Shown one piece after another: positions 1 to 12,000 of a stretch of DNA of 64,000 bases. How positions within the stretch are numbered: position 1 is the first letter of the stretch; each line of letters starts with the position of its first letter. Where the stretch lies: assembly GCA_002430725.1 (NCBI GenBank), contig DJCU01000008.1:393-64392 (forward strand), in the 5' to 3' direction. The position numbers and the translations under genes were made by a program. A model generated the notes under the pieces. That model did no database searches. It worked only from the letters and a program-made list of their open reading frames with translations, and was not told where the DNA came from. The DNA comes from Candidatus Gottesmanbacteria bacterium UBA5942 (GTDB lineage Bacteria; Patescibacteriota; Microgenomatia; UBA10105; UBA927).

Positions 1-2
1 TT

Positions 3-3000
3 AGATATGCGATAGAGTTTTCTAATCTTCCGTATGTCAGTCTTACGGATGCAAAAAAAGACGTACTTACACTCGAGCAGAAATATCCAGGACAGCCAAT
101 GGTAAGTCGTGAATATGTACTGCGCAATAAAGATACAGCTGGAAAGCGGCCATATAGGGTTGTCACCGTTCCGTTTGATGTGTATGTCAATGACATATAT
201 TTGGCGAATAAAGTATCTGCAGGTATTACCGATCTTGAAATAGATATATTCCAGTTGGGTGTGGGGCGGTTATTCGTTCCAATATCTGAAATATCAGGTA
301 CACAACTAGCGGATTACGCCAGATACCTAGAGTACGCAAGAAATCCGACTGCGTGGAGATTCATGATTGAGCAAATGTGGAAAAAAGATGTGTTTGATAT
401 CCGCAGTAGCACCAGGCAAGTTGTTGAATTTACCCGTTCATTGAACGTAAAAAATGTTGGTCCATTGTTGGGTAGAGCGTGGAAGCAAACTAGCGCTGGT
501 ATTACTGCTGCAAGTAGCCGCATTTCACAGCGATTTAATACATTAGGAATTCGTATCCTTCCATTGCCCCGAGTGCAGGTTGTCGACAGCATCGGAACGA
601 ATGGAAGAACTGTGCAGTCATCAGTACGCTTTGATAAAGGTGCGCAGGACGCTTTGGTGGCTGACTTGCAGAGAACATATCAAACAGAATTTGGATTTAT
701 TGAGTCGGTAGAAAAGGCTCGAATTCAGAGCGCAGAGGTTACTACAGACTCGCTTATAAACAGTGTTATAGTTGAAGCAAGAACGGTGATGGCCTCGGGA
801 ACGAGTAAAGAAATTGAAGAGTTGGCTCTTCATACAGTGATAGCATTTGAGCGGCTGCTATCAGACAAAAAACAAATATCTTCATTTACTGATGCACAAC
901 TGTTGGCTATACGAAAAGCGATATTTAGCAAATCTATTGCAATAGAATTACCGACTGGCACAGGAAAAACATATGCCACCGCATGTGTCGCGCTCATTCG
1001 TGCGCTTATGGGGCAACCGGTGTTGGTTAGTTCAGCTAATGCTGATTTGGCACAGCGAGATTTAGCAGATGTTGGCGAGTTATTTAGACCGTTCCGCATA
1101 TCTTCAGGGTTCGCAGCAAAGGGAAAGTCATTAAATCCATCAATTCGTATTACGTACGGTAAACTTTCTGACATTGTGGCAGCATCGGGACGAGCACTTC
1201 GGACAGGTGTCGACATAGATATTAATGCATATACGTTGTTGCCTGATGAAGGAGATAAAAGTTTGTTGCAGGAAGCGTTAACTCCTATTGTTGAAGTAGA
1301 AGCGGCACAGGGTGAAAGTGCTGGCCTTACATCTGAAGAGGAGCTATTGATTGTAACAATGGCGCGCAACACACAGCAAATGGTTACTGAAGGAGGGTAT
1401 GTAATACCGGACGAACAACAAGAAATACTTTCTTTACTAACACCAGAAGCGAACGAAAAATTAGATACATACAAACCTGATGCAATGTCCGAAGAGAAGT
1501 TTATTGAGTACAAGGAGTTTGCGAGGCGCGCCGCGTTTATGCGAGAAGGAAAAGATTATCTTTATGATCAATATACCGGTGAGATCACATTACTCGATAA
1601 CGAGCAGTTGGCCGATCTCGATAAGAAATTCCAGTCGGGTATCCAGTGGGCGTTGGAGGCAAAACATGGGAGAACGTCAGGGTTTAGCGTTGTTAACGAT
1701 GAAGTGCGGGACAAACACACCACAATGGCATTTGTTCGTCAGGTTGGAAGCGTTATCGTGTTTACGGGAACTGCTTATGAAGAAATTGATGAATTAGAAA
1801 CATATTACGATTTAGAATACGCATCGATTCCACAACCGCTTTGGATATCTATCGCTAGACAACCTCAGGGTACTGATAGGCTGCGTTTAGTTGAGTATTT
1901 TGATCAGGCCAGCGGTATATGGCTTAACGCGATTATAGAAAATCAACAAGGTCAGTGGGTGATTATAGAAAAAGACAGAATTGATTACGAACCTCGATTG
2001 TTCGTTACTGAAGATGCTAAGTTGCATGCCATCCAATCAGACGCAGAGGTTTTGCGAAATTCTGGTCGTGCAGTTCTAGTTGCTTCACAAAATGAAGCGA
2101 GCATGGATAATATTGCATCACTTATTCCTAATGCAATCTCGATTTCTGAGCGTGAACGAGACGAAAAGCGTCAGAATATAGAAATCTCAGGGCACTCCGG
2201 AAATGTAGCAATCGGAAGCGCAAATATTGGAAGAGGTGTTAATTTCCAGCCGGACGAGCAAGTGCAACAAGCTGGCGGTTTTTACGAGATGATCACGGGC
2301 ATCATGAAGCCAAGCACACTTTCTCAGGTGCGCGGTCGTGTAGCGAGGTTGTCTCCGGTGAGGCAAGGCGCATATCAAGCAAGAGCGTGGGGAGCTACGA
2401 GACAATATTTATCTCTCTCGGACATTGCGTCTATATTAGGCTCTACAGATGCGCGAGTGAGAGAACTTGCATATCCTTCTGGTGAAATTACGAAAAACGA
2501 TCCCCGCTATCCAAAGATGGTGAAGCTGATTAGAGAGGCGGAATTAAAGATACAAGAACGTGAAAAGGTTGCGAGAGCTGCACAATTTTATGCAGATCAT
2601 GCTACAGATGAGATTGGTCATGTGCAAAGGCATTTGGCTTTATCAGGATTTGGTGCCGCAAGGCAAACTATTGATTGGTTACTGCGCAGGATAGCTCATG
2701 AAACAAATAGTGCTCTCAAGAAATCATATTTACATAGTGCTGAAGAAGTGTGGAAGCAATATCTAGCAGAGCTAGAAGTGCTAAAGACTACTGCATGGGC
2801 AGGTGCTCAAAGCGAAAAGATTGATCCGGAAATATATTACCAACGAGAATCTTCAACGCTCCTTCGGAATATGATTGCTGTTCTTGCTGATGTTGTTCCT
2901 GCAACAGTTATTGCCCCAACAATACCTATTTTGTCTGATGACGTATGCATGGGTAGTAAAGCAAACTGTGTGGTTGAGGCGGTTATTACTGAGCGGGTAA

Positions 3001-6000
3001 TAGACGCAATCCAGTCGAATAATATGACAGATACAGAAAAAATACAGGCACTGCAGGCATATAAACTTACTGAAAGAGATTTACCGGCACATCAGCTTGC
3101 TATTCATGATGCAACTATAGCGATAGCGTTGGCAGAGTTAGATGTGGCACAGGGTGCAAGCGCAAGAAGTGCGATAAATAGAGCGTTACAATCGCTCAAT
3201 GCGCGTCTTCAAGCACGTCCTGCTCCAGACGATGCAGCTTTGTTAGAGCGAACCAGGGAGGTACTTGAACAAATAAGAGGCGCGATGCCAGAAGGATCAT
3301 CACTTATGGACAGAGTGCGCGATTGGATGCCTGCACCAACAACTATTTTGCAAAGTAACCCAATCCTTGCTCAATTTGCAAAGTACTTTACGTTCGGTTC
3401 AAACATAATCGATACAGACGTAACCACTGTTTCATCGATTCAAGCTGAAGTTACTCTTGTCGCCACAACCCGCGCTGAAGCAGATCGGTATCGGAGCACA
3501 CTCAAGGCTACATACCCACGTTTCCTTCTCGAAACATTACCAACGGGTGACGACAATCAGTTTTTCTTTGTACGGAATGCATCGGGGGAGACAGTTGGAT
3601 TTATCGTTTACCAGACAGCAAATGAAGTGGTTGAGCTTCGTAACCTCATTATCGATCCTCAGTATCAGAACCAGTCGTATGGCACGAATGTGCTTGCTGT
3701 TCTTAAAGAACAATTTAATGAAATTCGATTAACCCCTGTTCCTCATTATGTCGCTGAAGGGGTTGAAGTAGACGATGCGTATGACGCGCTTGTTCGATTT
3801 TATGAACGGGCAGGGTTTATCAAGCAGACGGTGATTGAAAACAGATTTGAGGTAGAAAAATATGTGTGGCGATCTCCATCGGTTCAACGGTTAACAGATA
3901 TGCGTCCGGCTACGGGACGTGAGCGGGTACTGGATGGTGCGCGGGCACTGGAGAGGACATATAGCCCACTCACAAGATCCGCGAAACAAGCCGTACGAAG
4001 TGCTGCAACTTGGATAAATGATCGTATGTGTGGAGGTGCCGCATTTAGATTTATTCGTCCGGTGTTTGCACAGCTAGGTTCTCCGTCTGGAAACACCTCC
4101 TGTCCTGCGGGAAGCGTGGTGAATACGATAGCACCAGTGGCTGAAGCAGCGATGGATGCTCCGGTGGTAACCATGATGAATGCATTAGGTTTTGAAGAAC
4201 CAATTGCACAAATTCCGACTACTCGAGGAGTTGGTTTCTTTACTAGGACCATGCGTTATCAGGGGAGCATTGCTTCAGAGGAAAGTGTGTTCGGGGTCAT
4301 CATGGAAAAGACAATCGATGGTGTGCCCACCGGGAAATGGATATTGAATGTAATGGCAACTGATGAGCTGAGTCTGCCGCCAGTGAATGGCGAAAAAACA
4401 AAAGCGCTTGATGCGTGGTATTTGACTGATGGCTCTGAGTTTCGCGTAGGAACAAATGAGTATAGAGTGCGGGTAATCGATGGCATGTTGTATGTGTATC
4501 ACACCAATCCGCGAAATCCTCAAGGGGCTGAAGGGGATGCGATGGTGGTCGTAGCTGATCTCTATGGTATAAATCCGTTTGTCGAGTTAGCAGATCGCCC
4601 AGTCGCGAGGGACTGGTTCGAAGGGTTTGTAAAAAACAGAGTTATAGATGCTGGATTAGCGCGTATCCTTCCTGTGCCAGTTATTTCTGATGATATTAAG
4701 ATTGGCGAAAATCAAAACACTAATGTCGTTTCTCCAGGGAGACGCGAAGAAATTGTTGCGTCATTACGGAGAACTCGCGATCCGCTTCAAGTATTATCCT
4801 CTTTCTTGTTTATCCGCATGGTGAAAGCTGGATATCACATTTTGATTGCTGATATCGATAGTCTTTATCGGGCAAATCAAACCGGTGTTACCCCATACGG
4901 AGTAACAGGCGACATACTGCTTCATGATATTGCTGAGGCGTTGGGCGAGCTTAATCGTGAGTTTGGAATAGATATAGAGCTTCGGGTTGCAGGAGATACG
5001 TTTGCGTTAGTTTCCAAAGAACCGTTGCCTTCTGATATGGCTGATCGGGTGAAAAACCGTATACAGCAGGTGCGCGGTTTATATGGCGGACGGGGAGACA
5101 TCATTTCGTATGAGCCGGCACGCGTAAAAGTGTTAAGCACTCGCGGAGATGAGTGGATAGGTTTTTCAGAGCGTGATCCAAGCATACCCCATACGGTCAG
5201 AAGAGAGCGATTAGTGCGAATACATCCGGAAGTCGGCATGTTTTTTGACGAACTCGATGCATCATCCGTTTCTCAAGGTCAAAAAGAAGCGTACTTACAA
5301 TTTATTGAAGAAGCGTTGCTCGATCCTGTGCTCTTTACGGGAGCGCAAGACGCGGGGGTAGAGTCGTTTGTCCACCGGAATGACTATTTGGATCATTTAG
5401 TGCCTCACATGATAGACACGTTTGGAAAATCTGAATCGGATGGGAAAAATGCATATCTGGTGCGCATCAGTGTATCTGGTGTTCTTAAGCTCCTCAACGA
5501 TCGGTTTGGTGATGCCGCTGGTAATGTGTTTATCCGACACCTTTTTGATCGAATTATCGCGGTGAATAAACAGTTAGAGGTAGGTGATCTTGCGTGGTAT
5601 GACTTGTATCGGAAAGGCGGGGATTTTGAGTTGACGATAGTAGGAGATGAAGCGCAGGCGCAAGCGCTGATAAACGCGTTGACACAGGCACTCGCGGGGA
5701 CATATACCGAAGGTGGTCACGTGTATAATTTGCAGCCAACAGTCGTTTCTAAAATTATTGATATGCAAACGATAGACGGGCAAACAGTGGTTGATAAAGC
5801 GGAGCTTGAAGCAAGGTTTGGTGCTGTCGAAAGTGATTTGGCGCAGGCGGAATGGTATGAAACCGTCAGAAGGCAAACAAATCTCATGTTTGTCGATGAC
5901 AGCGAGCTTCAAACTGCGCTTTCATACTATGATCCATACGATAAGCGAGGTGCGGTGAGATTGTGGAAGTTGGGTTTGGTAGAAGATGCGGATGTAGAAG

Positions 6001-9000
6001 TGTTCAAACAGATGTACGTTGATCCTGCGAGTCAGAAACGATGGTATTCCGGTCTGTTTGAATGGGTGTATTGGAAATTACCTCCCGGATTTCGTTCGCG
6101 ATTTGCGAGTACGCTAATGCCTGCTCGTGAGCGGATACGTGCTGGTATGCTGCCTCGTGCAAAGGCGTTTCTTACCGATTATCTTGTACGATATGTCGCG
6201 GGATATGATCGCTCTGACAGTGTGTTAATCGCAGACCGTGCAGAGCACACCATGCTTAATTTCCGTTTGGAATTAGAGCGTTTGGTTGCCGAAGGGGAAG
6301 CGTTACAGCGCACGATCACCCCGTCAACGGATGATGTAATAATGCGCGCAATTCAGAGTGAAATTACGGAAATTTCTCGACAAATAGATGCGCATATTCG
6401 GACTATTTTCACTGACTTTACGGATGAACAGCTCCGTCAGTACAAGATTGACCGGAATATCCAACAACGTTTGATGGGCCCCGCAAGCGGAACGCTGGTA
6501 ACACCGCCTACTAACCAACAATTCAATGTTCGGGGCACACTGAGAAATCCTGCCGCCGCCGATGCAAAGCGGGTGCTTGTCGATGAGTTGGGAGTGCTTA
6601 CGGAGGAGCAGTTACGGGAAAGGACGCAAAAGTTGGTTACTGTGTCGCCCCTGACAATCATCAAAGACTCTATGTTTCCGAGCCAGGAAAATAGAAATAC
6701 GTATATGAAGTCATTAGGCGTGACCCGTTTGAGCGCGTTTGGAGAAGTGATATTTCGGCTGGTAAATCTGTATTCAGGACTGTTTGAACGAGGACACTTT
6801 GATGATCGTACCGGCCAACAGTATGTCGTGCCGATGACGGGATTGTCAGCACTCTTTATAGCAGCAGGTGTATATGTATTGCTTCATTTAGCTGCGCCTC
6901 CATTGGCAATAGTTACTGCAATTGCCGGAGTGTTGATGTTTATATTGCCCGCATGGCAGCTTATAACGTTTCCAAATGCTTATTATCATGAGCTCACCCA
7001 TGCGCTGAATATAACGCAGGATAAGCAGTTCGTTTCATATTCAGAATCTCAGGGTTCAGATCTCGCGAACGAAATATTTACCGATTACTTTACTCGAAGG
7101 GTGACGGAACAGTCGCAAACATTTTTTGGGAAAATAGCGCACTTGAGCTATCGAATGTTTGGAAATAACTACGGAGGTAAAATGTCATGGATACCGTTAC
7201 TTTTGGATGAGTTGGACAAAGGGGAAGTGCCTGGCACGGCAGAGCGTATGTTGGCACATTCATATTTTGCGAAACCGGGCGCTGAAAATGATTTTCAAGA
7301 ATTACTCCAAAGAAAATTGGGCAATGAACGCGCAGCGAATGTAATTGCCGCCATAAAGACAGTCTATGATGCTGGCTCAATGTCAAAGGATGATTTGTTA
7401 AAAACGAATGCTATTAAAAATATTTTAGAGACGCGCGTGCAGCAAGGAAATGAGGTAGAAGCGACCGCATATTTACAGGAGCTCGAAGCGCTCGTGGCTC
7501 GGGGAGAAGCCCTTCGCACAAGTATTTTGCCCTCCATGACCTCGGAAGGGAGAGTGCCTATCGAGGAGGAAATAGCAGAAATCAGTCGTCAGATAGATAC
7601 GCTTATACGAGGCGCAAATCCAGCATTTGATGATGTGGCACTTCGTCAGTACAAGATTGACCGGAATATCCAACAGCGCTTGATGGGCCCCGCAAGCGGG
7701 ATGCTTATGGCACCAGCTACTCCGTTGGTAGATCAATATGTGGCAACACCAGTAAATAGCGTTGGAGTGGCAAAAGCGAAAGCGAGCAAAGCCGGCCTCA
7801 TGCATAACGGGGTGCGGCAACTGGCTGATGGATCGACTATGACGATAGGAGGACAGGACGTCATTATCAGAAGCACCCGAACTGCAGTGATTGTGGATGG
7901 AGTGTCCAATAGTATACGGAATGATCAGGGTGAGAATTATTTTGATCAGGAGGTGCAGGATGAAGCAATGGTGCGTGCGCTAGCCGTTTATGGAGCTGTA
8001 CTTCGGGCATTTGATGAACTTGATTTAGATGGTGCTGATCCATCAAATAGGGTTGGCGACATTGTCACACTGATAGAAAGGCATCTTTCAACTATTGTTC
8101 CCGCGTCATCGCCCACAAATAGACCAGCACAAACGACTATCAGCGTGCACCACGCGGTGCAAACACCAACAGGGTGGAAAATAGTGAGCTTCCGTATTGG
8201 CGATCAAAGTGTATTTACTGTTTCACCGGAAGAAATTGGAGAAGTGTCACCGCCAAATAATTTTCATACTGCATTAAACGAGATGAGTGGGGCAGAAGTG
8301 CAGTTAGTTGACGTGCTTGAGGCTTGGAAAGCGTTGCCGCTGGAGATGAAGCGTTTATATCAGACGAGAACGACAAATTTGCCTCAGATGATCGAAGAAG
8401 GATACGCTGGAACTGTAGATATTTCAGCAATTCCTGTTGGTGGATTTGTGATTGTTGGCTCAGATGCGTTGCGGTCGCTTTTTGCTGATCGTCCTTCACT
8501 CGTGGGTGCATTACATAGTGAACTTAAAGGAGTGATAAGTGCACAGGAAGCAGAATCTCGCATCGTGGCATTTCTTGATCGGTATAGTAATTTATATGAC
8601 CAGATAGATGATGACGTGTCGTTTATCGTTTTTGCGCAAACGCCAGAAGGCGTGTTGGATAACGGTGTTTCCATAGCGGCTTCACCGAGAACGCTTGAGA
8701 CCTCTGTAGGCATTACGTCAGAACGCCCAGTGTTAGGAGAAGTGAAAGTAGACGGATTAACACTCGGATACTTTTCAGTAACGGATACACAGGCATATTT
8801 AACTGGCAATACCATCCCAATTTGGGTCAATAATAAGCGATATGATCCACATACGGAAACGCACGCTGGTATGGCATCTATAGAGGTGGGCGATACAGTG
8901 ACCTTTGTTCCCAAGACAACCAAAAATGTCATTTTATATGTTGTCGATGTTGACACACAGGGGCACATGATCCTTCGACACGCCAATCAGCGACCGGGTA

Positions 9001-12000
9001 AAAACGGAGATAATATCGACTTTTCTACTGAATCTCTTCGGGTTGTTCCCGCAGGATCGCGGTATAATTACGAACGGGCATTTGCGGCATGGAATGTGAC
9101 GAGTAACGAAGATAAAACTGCATTTCTTACTGCAGTGGCAACGCTTATCGATACGTTGCCAGAAAAAACAATATTTCCTGATGGAGACGACCAGATTTTC
9201 CGTGTCACAGGGTCGATAAATAGGACATTTGCGCAATTGGAGTTTGATGGGGTAATGAGAGAGATCCTTTCTCAGTTGCGCCCGGGAGAATCGGTAAGCC
9301 TTCGCGTGATACACCCCGATGGTGTTGTCATTGGTGATACCGCTATTGTGAAAGAGTCGGTAGACGTGGAACTTGGCACTATTACGCTTCGTGATGATGG
9401 GATAGCTGAGTTTCAAATGGGTAAAATAAAGCGATTGTCATCGCGGTTCCGAACAGAAAATGTGGCGGTGCCTGAAGCGTTGTCGTATAGCCCTGAACAA
9501 GTATTAGCGGTCATGATAGCGGCATTAGTAAAGCCCAGTTGTTATGTTGATGTAGGCGTACAACACAAAGTATATGCACAGTCGAAAAACCCCGAAACTG
9601 TAGGGAGCGTATGTCTCCTTGCTGCCCGCTCACTCATGAGTGCGGTGCGAAGCGCGGAACGTGGGCAATTTTGGCGTTCTATGCAGCAGTGGTGGCATGA
9701 ACAGCAAGTGATGTGGAATGTACTCCTTGGGAGACAGCGTGAACCGGTTTCGTTTCAAGATACATTAGATGTAGAACCAGCCATTGAATTGGAGGCAACG
9801 AGCGAAGCGCGCGAAGCAGTTATACGACTTTCAGAAATAACCGAGACCACGAGAGATGCTGAATTTATGGACATAATAAATCTTCCCGAGCTCTCGGTGC
9901 GAGATGCATTTCGTAGGCAGTTCGATACCGATATGACTGCATTTTTAGGATATATGTGGTTGTACGGACAACAAGAAGGAATGCTTACTGCCATAGAGAA
10001 ACAGACTGCCACTATCAATTTTCTCACTATGCTTCGTGATAGATATTCAGTCACATTACAGGCAGCACAACCATTCTTTTATCGTGAGTTAACTGAGGGT
10101 CATGAGCAGGATGCAAATCCTGCAGATTTTCTCATTTCCGATGCATTAGTAACGCTTATTGCAAGTAGTCCGACCGCGAGAGATGTGTATGCTGTGTGGC
10201 AAGAAATGGCGAAGGACACAAATCAGGACGTGCGATCACTTCAAGAAAATGAATGGCTCGTGCCGCATCCGTTTGATGACGGAAAAGAAATTCGTGTAAC
10301 ACACGAAGAAACATACGTGGAAGTGACGAATGGCGATGCTGTAGTACGACTTCCTATCGATAATACATATCATCCTTCGATACAAGAAGTTGCAGATAGT
10401 GTTGATGTGCTTGAGCCCGGTATTCGTGTATCGCTGCATACAGATGGTACTGCTGCTCTATTTGTGATGGCATATCAACACAGCATCGTTTGGGATGATG
10501 AGTATGAAATTAGATTTTCTACTGATAGACGGGGAAATTTGTATAAGAAAGGGGCAAAGCAAGCAGGCAAAATTACGGTATGGCCCAGATATACCGAAGA
10601 GTTTGCTGAGATTATCACCCCACCGCTTGCATTTGACGTGGCACATATAAACGGGACATATTTTGTGCAGAAAATGCCTAGCATTCGATTACACGAGGGT
10701 TTCGAGGTGATGAAACCAGATGGATCTCTGTATTCATTACAGGTGGGGGATGAAGTAAGTGAGATGGGTGTTTCGGATACGTATACGATCACCGATGCGC
10801 CCTTTGATTGGAAAGCGATAGGTGATGCTAACAAGTGGGTGTCGATATATGTAAGCCCGTTACGAGAAAGGGGTTTTGAGGGTCGTATTTGGGTAGATGC
10901 GGCAAATCCGGTGATACGTCATGTATCTAGCCCTGTCGATCCGTCCACAGAAAATATGAGTAGTGTGGTGCAGTCGATCCGCATACGTATTCCGGCAATT
11001 GTGGAGAAAAATAAAGCAATATCCCAAGCGCAAGCGACAACCACTACAGATGCGCTGAATAATGTCACACAAGCCATAACCGGAGTGTTTACGAATCCAG
11101 ATTGTTATGCCATGAGGAGTGAATACGTAGCGTACGCTGCCGAGACGACCCGCGATGGTACGTGTCCCACATGGGGAAAGTCGCCACGAAGGGTAGTGCG
11201 CGGCATGAGAAACAGAAGTGAACGGGAGCGGATGGATGCCGATGCTCGCAGTTATGTGCGGATGCTCATATTAGCAGTGCCTCCGATCGGATTTCTTGTA
11301 GACGGGGCGATTAAGGCAGGAATTTGGTATGTAACCGCTCCGCCTCCGCCACCAGTGACTCCACAGTGTACCTTGGGTTCATGTGCGGTGAATGGGCTGT
11401 GTCCCGCGGGTCAACAATGTAGCGCAACCGGTTGTTGTACACAGCTTTCTGCGTACGAAGATTTTGTTTGCTCGGTGGATAAACAGTATCTGTTGAAGCG
11501 CACCATGATAGCACCAGGTGGGTTTTCAATCGATATAAATGCGTCATTTAGATGTCTTGATGGGTGTGTCAATAATGATTGTGCGCAAAAAGCACAGATG
11601 ACGTTCCCTGAGCAGTGTACTGACGCGATGAAAAGGACACCGCTTCTTTATGGATTTGATAGTAATTATGGCGCTATGAATTCATGTCTTGCCATAGATG
11701 ATCTTGCGACCATGTCGTATTATCGTGAGTTTACTTGTAGTACAGATGGCTTGTCGGTCATAGAGCGTGCGACTGGAAATGTCGTGCGGACGTGCTTAGG
11801 CAACCAAACATGCAAACAATCTGGGGATATTGCTGATTGTTTGGGTCCGGTGGGGTACGTGCGACCGCAAAACGCAATTATCGATATGGTCTGTCAGGGA
11901 AATGACGTGTATTTGTTTGACTCTGATACACAGACATTTACCCAACACGTTGCCTCCTGTCCAGTGCGTGGTTGCCAGCAGGGCGCATGTATTGCATATG

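Noticed and set aside
99-2450. Possibility that the ORF is simply the organism's housekeeping secA
   Set aside because: The protein continues for about 3400 aa beyond the SecA-like core without a stop, and at least 260 residues precede the core. A canonical SecA would terminate around 800-950 aa. I call it a SecA-family fusion and expect the genuine secA to lie elsewhere, but this cannot be verified from the window.
4800-5720. Calling the two palm domains active diguanylate cyclases
   Set aside because: The GG(D/E)EF signature is AGDTF in copy 1 and GGDFE in copy 2, and copy 2 lacks the DxD metal site. Catalytic residues are not intact in either, so I describe them only as GGDEF-like.
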